Source: Eledone cirrhosa | Taxonomy: Eukaryota | Direction of reading: 5' to 3' | DNA: 64,000 nucleotides | Assembly: GCA_964016885.1 (NCBI GenBank) | Contig: OZ024743.1 | Coordinates: 162,130,001-162,194,000, forward strand | Part shown: piece by piece, positions 13,978-27,235 of the stretch | Numbering within the stretch: the stretch's first letter is position 1 | Layout of the letters: every line of letters starts with the position of its first letter | Program-made: the position numbers and the translations under genes | The notes under the pieces: model-generated | The model's database searches: none | What the model was told of the DNA's origin: nothing | Seen by the model: the letters and a program-made list of their open reading frames with translations, nothing else

Positions 13978-14290
13978 AATTGTTATACTTTGGGCGAGGC
14001 ATGCTGCCAATAAAAACACACGCACCTATTGGTTTTCACTTGAATCTATTACAAATTTCCAGTTGGTTGGTTTAATAACCGGATGGTTGTTTGTTTATTG
14101 CCATAACTCTTTCGTAACAGAATGTGTGACGAAGGAACTTTGACAATAAAAAAACAACCATCTGGTTATTAAACAAACCAACTGGAAATTGCGTGTGTTT
14201 TTATTGGCAGCATGGCCCTCCCAAAGTACAACAATATCTGTTTCAACACACGTTTTCAGATAAGAAATCTTGCAAAACAAATACAAAAAC
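13978..14290. mobile_element. Old fold-back element whose 3' end matches the Neptune-like PLE terminus
   Basis: Inverted arms around ~14120. ccctcccaaagtacaacaatatctgtttcaacacacgttttcagataagaaatcttgc aligns with 40484-40540. Confidence 0.7.
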
Positions 14291-15300
14291 GAAGTATATA
14301 ATAATTATTTTCTACATATTTTCAATAAATAATCTCCGGACAAAAATGCTAATTAGACACATTTATACCTAAATTACTGTAAACATTAAGATGGCTCTTT
14401 TCCCTCTAATACCGTTGGAAAATACATCAAGATCCCATTTCGAAATCACGAAATATAAATGAATATATCTGAAGCTTCATGTCTATTTAAGCATCAATTT
14501 ATATTTTGTTCTATCTAAACATCACGTAACACTTCTTATTGATTAAGTCGATTGTACTACGAAACGACCATTTTCCTGTATGTCTTATTATTTTCAAACA
14601 ACCTCATAAGCAAATAATTAGAAAGCAATGGTGGGTATTAAATCTCGGACATGATATCAAATTTTATTATATTCCAGCCAGTGAAGCAGATGCTTTAATG
14701 GCGAGCGAAGCATCAATCATCGGAGATACGTCGGTTTCGATTACAGAATTTATTATGGAGCGGCATAAGAGTTGAAATAAGACGAAATGGAATGGGATTG
14801 TTTGAAAAAGAATTTAGAAGTGATTTATTTATTTTATTTAATCGAGGATGGTACATAGGCAGACAACTAGGAGTAAGGAGAAAATTAGGAGATTGTATCA
14901 TATATAATACACCATCTCACCTGTCACTTCCATTCCCCAGGCCACTCCTCTTTACATGTCTCAGCCTTAGGTGTATTCTGGCGTCACGGATCCCTGGCCT
15001 CGCGCACCAGGACTGAGTAAAATTTGATTTTCCGTCTTGGGTCCAGATTCTCTAATGAACTCAACATTAACACGCGGCGGCACAAGAACGCGCGAGCACG
15101 CACACACGCACACTGACCACTACGCGCGCGCACACACACGCACACTGACCACTACGCACGCAGTTGATCCCATACACACACGGCCAGCTTACGCTACAAA
15201 TACTCATTAACCCTCCACTAATATGGCCAGAACACCCGTACATTTTACAATTAACATCATTAACATTACTAACTCATCCCACCACTCCCACCTGCGTGCG

Positions 15301-15389
<89 letters not shown>

Positions 15390-15410
15390 GTATATATATA
15401 TATATATATA

Positions 15411-15937
15411 GAATTATAGAGAATTAGTATATCTACCAACATATGTATACAGATGTATACCCATGCTAGCAAATATATATTTTATGTCTTAGTACCTTTG
15501 TGGTTCTATGCAGGGGGATGCAGAACAATTATATGAAAGACGTAAAATAAGAAAATTTAAAAAATTAAAAATCAACTTACTTACTAAAATTTTCACTCCA
15601 ACTAATTAGTTTCTGTAAGGGAATAAATATAGTTACGTAATGTAACTATAGAGAAGTCCTTACGTCATCAGGGAGTCTATTCTCAGCTAACTTCCCAGGC
15701 AATGCGCGGACACTAGGAACCCATATAAAAATAATAATTCAGTGGATGGAATAAAGCTAGCGGGGACTAAATTCCAGGGCACTGAAAAAATTCACTGCCT
15801 ACTTGGTCAGTGGCAAATTCTAAAGAATCAATCACGTGACACTGAGGTTAATCAGTGAGGAGTGGGGTGGTATTATGACAAGAGCCTAACTACTACCATG
15901 TTGATTTTTAATTTTTTAAAGTTTCTTATTTTACGTC

Positions 15938-15942
<5 letters not shown>
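15411..15942 (-). mobile_element. HHR mini-element (family of 11770-12367) with a short inverted cap
   Basis: Reverse-complement homology to 11841-12367. Inverted cap at 15900-15942. TA flanks. Confidence 0.85.
15595..15676 (-). ncRNA. Type I hammerhead
   Basis: ACTCC CTGATGA C GTAAGG..CCTTAC A GAAA CTAATTAG TT GGAGT on the minus strand. Confidence 0.88.
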
Positions 15943-15982
<40 letters not shown>

Positions 15983-15992
15983 TATATATCAT

Positions 15993-16186
15993 ATAATTGT
16001 TTCTACTTTAGGCACAAGGCCAGCAATTACCCACTACATTACTGGTACTTTATTTTATCGACCCCGTAAGGATGAAAGGCAAAGTTAACCTCGACGGGAT
16101 TTGAGCTCAGATCATAAAGGGACGTAACTATGCTGGAAAGCATGGCGTCCGACCCTCTACCGATACTGCCAATCCGCCGCCCTTAT
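15993..16186 (-). mobile_element. tRNA-derived SINE (family also at 30893-31110 +, 34052-34240 +, 52895-53077 -; decayed at ~44470-44620 and ~45170-45310)
   Basis: A-box-like tggcag.at.ggtag, B-box-like gagttcaaatcc, and conserved body ctttgcctttcatccttacggggtcgataaaataaagtaccag. Confidence 0.8.
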
Positions 16187-16981
16187 AATGGTAGATAAGA
16201 CGGGATTAATTCATCATAACTGTTTATTATACGATATATATTTCTGTTACATAGGTGCAGTTATAGGTGCAATTATAGGTGCAATTATAGGTGCAGTTAT
16301 GCAATCATTGTGATATGCCGGTGGCCATGTATACCTATGCTGTTGTGATGTAGGTCGGCATATGAATCTTCTGTTTGTTATGTATTCATTTTCTGATTGG
16401 AAGACTAAAATCAACGCATGTTCTGTAATGTATCAATCAATTTCATAATTGTTAATATTATACTTCAAACTCCAAATATATTTGGATAGTCTTAAATACA
16501 ATGAAATAATCACTTTTTAACAGGATTTTCAATAATCTCATTATAGCTTTTTGTTTTACTGTTATTTGGAAAAGAGATCTTAGCTCGATAAACTAATGTT
16601 TAAAAAGACAAATGACGCTGATATTACTGTTGTTGCAATTACACAGAAAAGAAGTGCTTTACGTGTTCTTATTGAAAAGTTTTTCTGTTACTGGCAGCGT
16701 TGTTTTCGGTACAACTGTACCTCACCTTAAATCTTCCTTTCCCTTCATTGTATAGTCCTTACTTCTTGCATTTGTAAGACGTAAGTGAATTTAAAAAAAT
16801 GAAAACTGGAACCGAATCCTGAACTAAATTCAACGAGAGGAAACATTGTATATTCCGCCATATAACCTTTGTATATTTATTATAATTTAACTTTATTTCA
16901 CTGAAAATGTTTTATACAGTAGAATATAGAGTCAGAAATGTTATGACATACATACTATATATATGAAAGAATGGTATTTAA

Positions 16982-17190
16982 CTAATGTATTGGTACGCGA
17001 TGGGGCCCACCCACAGCTCCGGCGGACAGAATGGAGAAGGCGGTTCCCCGGAGGACGGCAAGGAAGACGCGCTGGAAAAGCCACTCCAACTCGTGGGGCT
17101 CGCACCTGCGGCTGGCCAGCTCAGCGCCTATGGTGGTGAGTAAGGAGGTAGCCCTGGGGCTGAGGACACCAGAAGTTTCCACTGCCAGGT
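16982..17190 (-). pseudogene. 3' fragment of an RLE-type (CRE-like) non-LTR retrotransposon
   Basis: LAVETSGVLSPRA..LL..IG..LA....E....WLFQRVFLAVLRGTAFSIL matches the typical AVET.G...QRLS.AI.RGNA C-terminus. Confidence 0.75.
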
Positions 17191-17816
17191 ATCAAGGAAG
17201 AAAATTCAAGCTGAGCAAACATGACGTGTTAGAAGACCGACAAAGTGAAATTCTTTTATAAAAAAAAATATTTTCTGCCATTGAAACGTTTGACCCTGCT
17301 GTCTATTTGGAACACAGTAACTTTCCTGTTTAGCTCTAGGCCATTTCGATAAATGAGAAACTATATATGGAAATAGAAATGTGTTGATCATTTTATTTTT
17401 CATTCGGTATAATTTTCGTCTACTCTGAATAATTGTCGCCTGATTTTCAACCATTGTAGTTGACTCCACTTTGAAAGGATTCATAAATTGAAAGGATTCA
17501 TAGATTGTGTAATGATTTCTCTTCTGTTAATCACAATGACTTCATTTACCAACAACCTACCAGTAACATTCAACCCCCAAGACATTCATAGTCCTTTATC
17601 ATTTTTAAAAATGTGTTTTGTCTTTTAGATTCTTTCAGAAAAAGTATTTTTCAGCATATTCCTTTGTGAAAAATTTACTTTCTTTTCACATTATCTTTCT
17701 TTCTATCTATCGTTCTCTCTTTCAGTATTCTTCTTCGTCATTTTCTTTCTCCTTCTGTCTCACTGCCGTCTTCCTACATATAATTATGTGTGTGTATATA
17801 TATATATATATATGTA

Positions 17817-17848
<32 letters not shown>

Positions 17849-18664
17849 CATGGATAGATAGGTATATATATATATATATTCACGCACACACATACAAACA
17901 CACACAAGCACATATATACATACATACACACACACATACATATGTATATATATATATATATCAAATGAATAAACGGATTTAAAGACACACGTTAATCCCC
18001 TGTAATTTAATGAGCTCAAGGTATAAGTACCGGGCTCTTCATAATACTATATACAGAGGAGAAAAAACAAAAGAGTATGTTTTGAATTACGAGGGATAGA
18101 GAACCGCTAGAGTGAAATACATAAAGTCTACAAAAAGTGTGGAAAATACATAATAATTGGAAAGGTAAATTGAAATGTACAGATTCACCTTTATAACTGT
18201 AAAATACCTGGGCAGACTCAGAGAAGAGAATGTTTCGCCATAAACAATGTCAGAAACATAACGCCCCAGGGCTTGTCAACAGGTGTAAAGACGATATGGA
18301 CTACACTACTAAAGAGACTTTAGATAACTGAATTGCACGTAGAGAGAGAACGAAAACACGTGCGTCGTATATATATATATATATACGCTTTATTAGCATA
18401 AGACGTTGACTCTGCACGCAACAGCCGCCTTAACCCAAGGGCACACAGAAATATAACCCCCCACATGTGATGTGAGAGAAACTCGTAACAGCATTGAGTG
18501 CTTTAACCAGTGAAACACCTGTAACTATAGTTATACACATACATACCATATATATATATATATAAATAAATGAAGTAATTCCGTCGGAGAGGTACAGGAA
18601 AAAAGAGTGCTCTATGTAGGTTACAGAGCTTATTAGTTATGTAATAAACAACATAAGATAATTA

Positions 18665-18724
18665 TTTCATTTACCAGTGGTTTCATGAAAGCAAACAAAT
18701 CTGCTTTCAGTCGTCAGAATGAAA
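18665..18724 (-). ncRNA. Type I hammerhead
   Basis: TTTCATT CTGACGA C TGAAAGCA..TGCTTTCA T GAAA CCACTGG TA AATGAAA. Confidence 0.88.
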
Positions 18725-18869
18725 AAAATCCTGGTGTTTTTATTGAAAGTGGATTTGAAAACAAAAATATAAGAAATATGAAAGTGAGGCTGAGGGAAGA
18801 AAAAAAAAGATTATAGATAATAAGTATATAAACACACACACACAATTATACATATATATATATAAATAT

Positions 18870-18985
<116 letters not shown>

Positions 18986-19010
18986 ATATATATATATATA
19001 TATATATATA

Positions 19011-19432
19011 TTTAAAGGTTAAACAAGGTTCATTAAATAAACCAAAGAATGAGTTTTACAATAGATTGGAAGCACTCAACAGCTTTGGTTTTCCGGAGTT
19101 ATTAAAATTAATTCAAAATATTAACAAAATAGATATTCTTGTGATCAAGTATATTTATTATACATATTTCAGAGGTACTGAGTTAACTTCAACACTACAT
19201 CCTCATCAGATAAAATAAGATGATGCATGACATACCCTGACATAGTAGATGGTTAAGATTCAGTCAAGGTAGTCCATGCCTGAATCTTAACCATCTACTA
19301 TGTCAGGGTATGTCATGCATCATCTTATTTTATCTGATGAGGATGTAGTGTTGAAGTTAACTCAGTACCTCTGAAATATGTATAATAAAATATACTTGAT
19401 CACAAGAATATCTATTTTGTTAATATTTTGAA

Positions 19433-19436
<4 letters not shown>
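19011..19436. mobile_element. Fold-back HHR mini-element
   Basis: Near-perfect arms 19108-19263 and 19280-19436, tail 19011-19107, TA flanks. Confidence 0.88.
19326..19392 (+). ncRNA. Type I hammerhead (mirror copy 19152-19217, minus)
   Basis: TATTTTAT CTGATGA GGA..TCT GAAA TATGTA TA ATAAAATA. Confidence 0.78.
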
Positions 19437-19482
<46 letters not shown>

Positions 19483-19707
19483 CACATAACAAATAAGCTG
19501 TCACATCAACAGACATAGACAAATACATATACATGAAGTCATAATAATAAATAAAAAAATAAAAGCAAAAAATAATTAAAGTCAATGATAAAAATAAAAA
19601 ATGAAAAGATAGCACTTTGACAACGATACGAGAGAGGAAAAAAAAAACAAATAAAAATAAACAAACACACGTGGTAAGCAATTGCACAAAAAAATAAATA
19701 TATATAT

Positions 19708-20712
19708 AAACGGAAAAAATGAAATGAAATTTCATTTCTCACTCTTAGTACGGCTGTTACTTAAATATAAGTATGTATACGTACATACATATATTTATAC
19801 AGACGTACAGTAGTATGTATATATATACATACATGCACACATATATATATGTACGTATGGATTCACCGAACATTTATTATAATGCTCGGTGTGTTTGTAA
19901 ACAAACATCCCGAATTAAGCCGTACGTTGCCATTTTGTTCAACACTGACAAAGGAACGATGTACTAGTTTCAAGCTTATTAGCTATCGTCAGCACCGTAT
20001 ACCTTCCTGCCAGATGATTGAACGTCTAAAAGTATATACTTTCCCTATGCATATTAACCGCTGAGCAGCCTAATTTGCATATCGAGTGAGTTAATCGGCT
20101 GGGCGCACCGAAAACGATAAACGGAAAAACTGAAACGAAATTTCATTTCTCACTCTTAGTACGGCTGTTACTTAAATATTATTATGTATACGTACATACA
20201 TATATGTATACAGACGTACAGTAGTATGTATATATATACATACATGCACACATATATATATGTACGTATGGATTCACCGAACATTTATTATAATGCTCGG
20301 TGTGTTTGCAAACAAACATCCCGAGTGAGAAATGAAATTTCGTTTCATTTTTTCCGTTTATCGTTTTCGATGCGCCCGGCCGATTAACTCACTCGATATC
20401 CAAATTAGGCTGCTCAGCCGTTAATATGCATAAGGAAAGTATATACTTTCAGACGTTCAATCATCTGGCAGGAAGGTATACGGTGCTGACGATAGCTAAT
20501 AATCTTGAAACTAGTACATCGTTCCTTTGTCAGTGTTGAACAAAAGGGCAACGATGGTTGCTAAACACTGTACGGCTTAATTCGGGATGTTTGTTTACAA
20601 ACACACCGAGCATTATAATAAATGTTCGGTGAATCCATACGTACATATATATATGTGTGCATGTATGTATATATATACATACTACTGTATACATATATGT
20701 ATGTACGAATAC
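19708..20712. mobile_element. Retrozyme-like element: 1.5 tandem copies of a 411-nt monomer (minus strand) joined to an inverted ~1 copy
   Basis: cggaaaaa..gaaatttcatttctcactcttagtacggc recurs at 19711 and 20122. Inversion junction at ~20323. Confidence 0.88.
19956..19998 (-). ncRNA. Minimal type I hammerhead (mirror copy 20480-20522, plus)
   Basis: ACGGTG CTGACGA T AGCT-AATA-AGCT T GAAA CTAG TA CATCGT. Confidence 0.88.
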
Positions 20713-20979
20713 ATATATATATATATGTGTGTGTGTGTGTGTAGGAGCGGCAATTTCTTACCACGTGTGTTTGTTTATTTTTATATATTTATATATATTT
20801 ATATTTTATATATATATATTTTATATATATATATATTTATATATATATTTTTATATATATATATATATATATATACATACACATACATATACATACATAT
20901 ATACACACACATATGTACAGCACAAACATATACACAAATAAGTACATACATACAAATATATATATACACATATATATAT

Positions 20980-21028
<49 letters not shown>

Positions 21029-21344
21029 TACTCACATACACACACATACACACGCACATACACTCAACCACACGTATAGGGACATATACACAAATGTAGG
21101 TGTATATACCTATATCAAGAAATGTATATATATTCACACACACATACACACATATACATCACATACATAAGACTATACAGACAGAAAATAAAGGCATATA
21201 ATCATCGCATACACAGAACTAAAACTGTAAAAACATGCATGGAAACAAATAAAGGTAGAAAATAAACATAAACTCATACACATGAGAAAAAATACATACA
21301 ACCACATACACACATAAATATATATACCTATATATAAAAAAAAG

Positions 21345-21616
21345 CAAAGGCTCTCGCAAATAAAGTGTGGGAATTCAAAGATAAAAACATTCTGTACACT
21401 ATCGATTGGTCTATTTTAGACCTTTCAAGAGAATACCAAAGGGGCATAAAGAATTGTTCTTTGTGCACCACGGAAAAATTTAGAATTCTCCAAAATTTGA
21501 AAGCCACTTCCACTTGCCTTAACTCCAAGACCGAGGTCTTCAGATGTTGTCCTCACCTGAAATCACATCTACTTTGTAACTGGATTGACATTCCTACGAT
21601 GACTCAACCACCTTGA
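21345..21616 (+). pseudogene. PLE GIY-YIG endonuclease C-terminal fragment (second lineage)
   Basis: LANKVWEFKDKN..YTIDWSIL....Y.RG.KNCSLCTTEK..I......CLNSKTEVFRCCPH. Confidence 0.8.
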
Positions 21617-22020
21617 ACTTCTTTACTCATTACGCCTTACATCCACTACGATTGTTATTACTCTCTGAACTCACATTCTTTACCCATATATTCTTTTTCT
21701 CCATCATCTCCTCTTATATTTATATTTTTTCCCTATGATATTTATATTTCTGTTGACTTATAATCCCCCCCCCCCCTACTTTCTACCTTACCCTTTACAC
21801 ACCCACCTCTTATATATATATATATATATTTATGTGTGTGTGTGTGTGTGTGTGTATATATTGTGCGTGTATATGTATGTTTATGTATATATGTTTGTAT
21901 ATGTATATATATATATATGTATATATATGTATATATATATGTGTGTATGTATATGTATGTAATTATATGTGTAGATGTAACTTTATGTATGTGTGTCTGT
22001 GTGTATATATATATATATAT

Positions 22021-22310
22021 AAATAAAATTAGTCCATCATCAGTGATCTTCCAGCCTTCATTGGTATTTCATCGCTTTAAAGATCATTATACCTCTGGTT
22101 GGTGCGAGCAACGGCTAAAGAAAGTCGTTGGGACACGTAAAATAGGGTGAAACGAGCGAGACATACAAACAAACAAAGATGGTAATGTAACGAAAAGTGA
22201 GGAAGAAGGAGTCCAAGTCCCTGAAATCGATGAACATAAGTTCTGTGAAATCGTAGACGAGAGATAAAGACCATCCAACCTGGGCGAAATGTGAGCGAGA
22301 AAAGGATTTC
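22021..22310 (-). repeat. (TA)n-terminated repeat family (second copy 35669-36050, plus)
   Basis: Clear homology between the two loci. Both end ..aagatcactgatga.........ttatt(TA)n. Confidence 0.75.
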
Positions 22311-22462
22311 ACACAGATCAAACGGGAGGAAGTGATGGAGGGAGAGTAGCAGAAGCGAGTGAGTGAAAGTGTGAGGAAGAGGCTAACTGAGAGAGTGACT
22401 GGCAGAGGGCGTAAAAAGAAAGTGAGAGATACAGAGAAAGGGGAAGCAGTAAGAAAGAAACA

Positions 22463-22548
<86 letters not shown>

Positions 22549-22550
<2 letters not shown>

Positions 22551-22675
22551 AAGATATTAAATATTTATTGTCATTAAATATTTACTCCAGGATCTTGTTG
22601 AGTGCTCTAAATCAGTTATAAACATTTATATTTATATTTGTCAGATTTCCAACAAAAATTTAATATCCCTTCTAC

Positions 22676-22742
<67 letters not shown>

Positions 22743-22928
22743 AACAAGTATGACCCCGACGGCAGAGCTCAAGCCGTTTCGACGGTTAATTCTGGAGTCG
22801 GGGTCATATTTTGACGGCTAATTCTGCTGTCGGGGTCATATTTGTTCCTATTACCCACTCTACTACCCTAAGTATTGAGTACTTTGGTGCGTTATGGTCC
22901 ATCTGGTTCCTTACCACATTTCCTTCGA
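22549..22928 (+). mobile_element. Two tiny tail-dominated insertions in (TA)n (22549-22679 and 22741-22928)
   Basis: Each has a short inverted cap plus an ACTC..GAGT(G/A)CT tail. The second contains the 3' half of an HHR on the minus strand (GAAA CGGC..GCCG TC GGGGT). Confidence 0.7.
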
Positions 22929-23887
22929 TATATATATATGTGTGTATGTGTGTATATATATATATGCGTGCGTATGTACTTGTACATATACGTATGTGTG
23001 TATGTGTGTATGTATATTTTTATATATAGGTATATATATTTATGTGTGTATGTGGTTGTATGTATTTTTTCTCCTGTGTATGAGTTTATGTTTATTTTCT
23101 ACCTTTATTTGTTTCCATGCATGTTTTTACAGTTTTAGTTCTGTGCATGCGGTGATTATAGGCCTTTATTTTCTGTCTTATGTATGTGTATGTATATGTG
23201 TATATGTGTGTGTGAATATATATACATTTATTGATATATGTATATACACCTACATATGTGTGGTTGAGTGTATGTGCGTGTGTATGTGTGTGTATGTATG
23301 TGAGTATGTATATATGTATATGTGTGTGTATATATGCATATATATATATATATATGTATGTATATATATATATGTGTATATATATTTGTATGTATGTACT
23401 TATTTGTGTATATGTTTGTGCTGTACATATGTGTGTGTATATATGTATGTGTATGTATATATATATATATATATTTATTTTTTTGTGCAATTGCTTACCA
23501 CGTGTGTTTGTTTATTTTTATTTGTTTTTTTTCCTCTCTCGTATCGTTGTCAAAGTGCTATCTTTTCATTTTTTTATTTTTACATTTGACTTTAATTATT
23601 TTTTGCTTTTATTTATTTATTTATTTATTGTGACTTCATGTATATGTATTTGTCTATGTCTGTTGATGTGACAGCTTATTTTTTATGTGCGTATATATAT
23701 ATATATATGTGTGTGTGTGTATGTCTATTTATGTGTGTGTATATGTATATTTATATATATATATGTATAATTGTGTGTGTGTGTTTATATACTTATTATC
23801 TATAATCCTTTTTTCTTCTTCCCTCAGCCTCACTTTCATATTTCTCATTTTGTTTTCAAATCCACTTTCAATAAAAACACCAGGATT

Positions 23888-23947
23888 TTTCATTCTGACG
23901 ACTGAAAGCAAATATTTTTGCTTTCAAGAAACCACTGGTAAATGAAA
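23888..23947 (+). ncRNA. Type I hammerhead
   Basis: TTTCATT CTGACGA C TGAAAGCA AATATTTT TGCTTTCA A GAAA CCACTGG TA AATGAAA. Confidence 0.88.
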
Positions 23948-24216
23948 TAATTATCTATGTTGTTTATTACATAACTAAATATATATATATATATATATAT
24001 AAGCGTATACACACGTTCTCACACATACAAACACATATATATATGTGTGTGTGTATGTGTGCAAGTGTGTGTGAAAGAGATAGTTTATGTCTGCCTTTTT
24101 CTCTTTATATTGTTTACTTTGCATCTTCATTTGTTTCAGTCTGATTTATTTTCTTATTTCTAATAGTATTGTCTCTCTCTCAATAACTCATCCACTCTTT
24201 CTCTCTCAACTGTCAC

Positions 24217-24306
<90 letters not shown>

Positions 24307-24782
24307 CCATCTCTTCATTCTCATTTCATATATTCTATTTTACTTCTTGGATCAAGAAACACTGCGTCGAGTTGGTACGACCTCTCTTTAATGCCAGAAC
24401 ATTCTTCATGGCATGACTAGCTAAGAATTTATGAATACGGTTTAATTAGAAGCATGCAACAGAAATATATGTAGTTCTGGCATATGTAGAAATCATACAG
24501 AACTTTACTTTAGCAGTAATCTCTAAAACAGTTTATCAAACTGACCGAAATGAAAGCTTAATACTCTCTCTATTGCATCTAATAATCTTGGCTATGCCTA
24601 CTAAATACGGCGATTTTAGGAACTTCAATATAGACGAAATAAGTTACTTTTTAGTGCAATTAAACAATAGTTACTGTTTAGGTGAATGCAGCACTTGTAA
24701 ATGTTCGATAGGAGTTGCAACTGTCTGGATAGATCATCATGCTCCCGCAACAACAGATGCCACTAGCGAAACGTGGTCTCCC

Positions 24783-25115
24783 AGTGCAATGTGAGGATGG
24801 AACATTCTAATAAGGCTTGCATCGGATTAACCGCCTGCGAGTTTAAGAGCCGGTACTATTAATACCAACATTCATTTAGAAACCCGGCCCGGCGACACGC
24901 TACAGTACTTTCTGACCATATCTGGAACCGCCAAGACAACAATATTACCTATCATCTAACATGAAGCCTACTTTCCAAGGCAAAATTTTACTCAAGAGGA
25001 CGCCGTCCATGCAATTTATGCTCGGAGGAAACGATCCAGATGCTGTTTGTGAAGGACCAATTGTTAAACAAAAAGGATGAACTCGTTAGCTCGCGTAAAC
25101 ACAGAATATATAGGA
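24783..25115 (+). pseudogene. Decayed PLE GIY-YIG fragment (second lineage)
   Basis: CIGLTACEFKSRYY*YQHSFRN....HATVLSDHIWN.......CNLCSEE......LLNKKDELVSSRKH. Confidence 0.8.
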
Positions 25116-26312
25116 CTTATCTTACCTTCAAACCTCCTCACAACCCGGGTGGGTAGATCTTGGCTTTAATATCCTTCCCACGTACACACTAATATAGAGG
25201 AAACGCCAAACATCCTTAGGTAGAAATAGAATATTTTCATTTTTGTTAACACTTCCTAAACATCCTTAGGTAGAACTTTGTATATTTTCATTATTGTAAA
25301 CATTTCCTAAACTTCCTTAGGTAGAAATAAAATATTTTCATTTTTGCTAAACTATACATATTGCCCTATGGAACCAGCCGAACAGATAGCTATGACACTT
25401 TACTAGACCTATTACTATAGTTTAAGCACGATGCACAAACTTACTCGTAGCCATTACCAGACTGCCGCTATGGCAGGCATCGCATATAGAGTTAACGTGT
25501 ACTGGCATATAAACTTAAATTATACCAGTGTGTAAGCACCATCAGAAACTATAGCGTCAGAATGAATTGTTAAAGAAAGTTATTAGCTAACCTTCAATTC
25601 TATTATTTTCTTTTGCCAATCTTTGGCAATGGCTTTGATATACATGTTAAATTGGCACTTTGAGGGATTTACTTTACTATAGAACCTTAGCTAATGTACA
25701 ACAGTACGAGAAAAGAAATAATTAGTACTATCTTTAAGATTAAGGGTAGATTTATGGGTGTTTGAAAATAAGTAAAATTTAAAAAAAAAGTAAATTAGTG
25801 AATGAGCCACTCTTTGTGGGCCATAGTGCAATTGATAACTAGATTTCTCAATAATGAGGAGAAATAGTAATAAATTATAAATGCTTAGTTTTTTAGCAAA
25901 GTGTAAAGATAAAGCAAATTAACAAAAACATAAATACTCTTTGACTTATATACGCCGAAATTATATTTTCTGTCTGGGTATTTTTCCCTCTTGAATTGAA
26001 GTTTAGCATTTCTACAGATTGGAAATAGTTGATAAGGATATAATCTATCTTAATAGCGTGTGTGCGCGCCTGACCGGCTTGGCACTTTCAGGTCAGTTAG
26101 TCTACTAACCCTTTCCTTTTGCATTTTGGCCTGTCTAGCTCCTCGCCGCCAAGAATGTAATAAATAAAATACACGACATTTAGCAAGACTAAACCAGCCA
26201 TTTGATCTAAGGTAACTCCGTCCCGACCACTGACCACTCCCGGAGAAAAACAGAAGAAAACAACAAACTTTTAAGATTTTTTGCTTTGACTGTATGCCCA
26301 TATATGGATTGT

Positions 26313-26408
26313 ACCCCTTGATAAGTTCAGCTAGATTCCCGCCGTTCGAATATTGGCGCTTTAGTTCGGATCTAGCTATCGAAACGACCGGAGCTCATCC
26401 ATCGGGGT
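26313..26408 (+). ncRNA. Hammerhead, U3-A8 core, decayed stem III (element ~26050-26422)
   Basis: ACCCC TTGATAA G..AGCTAGAT/ATCTAGCT..C GAAA CGAC..TCCA TC GGGGT. Homologue at 63564. Confidence 0.65.
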
Positions 26409-26417
26409 CCTGAATCT

Positions 26418-26463
<46 letters not shown>

Positions 26464-26466
<3 letters not shown>

Positions 26467-27150
26467 AAAGTAAGTCTATAGAATCATTAGATAAAATATA
26501 TACAGTATTTCTTCTCCCAATCAGCATAATCAACCATACAAAAAATCATTTAAACGAGGCTATAAGTTTAAAATATACCTATGAAGAAATAATAGATAAA
26601 TAAACGATTCACAGCCACAGAAAATTTACCTAGTATTTCTGATAGGCTGTAGAAATTGACTAGACATACAGTTAACCATACATAATTAGGTACAAAATCA
26701 AAGTTAGAAGAAAAAGTGTACATAAACATACCAAAATCATCAAATATATCTCTACCTCCGGAGGTTTCATTCGCTTTTTGGAAATATCCGATCTTGGATA
26801 AATCAACGAGTTTCGAAATCATCAGGAGACAAACTCAATTGGACAAAGATTTTTCTTAAGTGATCCCTGCCAGAAACGAATTCAAAATGCCTAAGAATTG
26901 TCACGTGGCTAGTGGTCAAGTCAGAAAGCTATCATTTATTTATCTATTATTTCTTCATAGGTATATTTTAAACTTATAGCCTCGTTTAAATGATTTTTGT
27001 ATGGTTGATTATGCTGATTGGGAGAAGAAATACTGTATATATTTTATCTAATGATTCTATGGACTTACTTTCTTATATATTGCTCTGATTGTTGATTATT
27101 TAATTAATTAATTCGTCATTCAGCCACACCGTGAATGGTTGCCAAAAACA
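26464..27150. mobile_element. Fold-back HHR mini-element
   Basis: Arms 26464-26607 and 26932-27075, right tail, TA flanks. A related decayed copy lies at ~55590-55800. Confidence 0.85.
26747..26831 (-). ncRNA. Type I hammerhead with 12-nt palindromic stem III
   Basis: TGTCTC CTGATGA T TTCG..TATCC/GGATA..CGAA T GAAA CCTCCGGAGG TA GAGATA. Confidence 0.85.
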
Positions 27151-27197
27151 TATATATATCTATGGCTCTGTCTAGTTGATGTGTATGTAAACTTCTA

Positions 27198-27235
<38 letters not shown>

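Noticed and set aside
25210-25350. CRISPR-like repeat spacing (also 45365-45425 and 29005-29062)
   Set aside because: These are simple tandem duplications without unique spacers, in a eukaryotic context with no cas genes.
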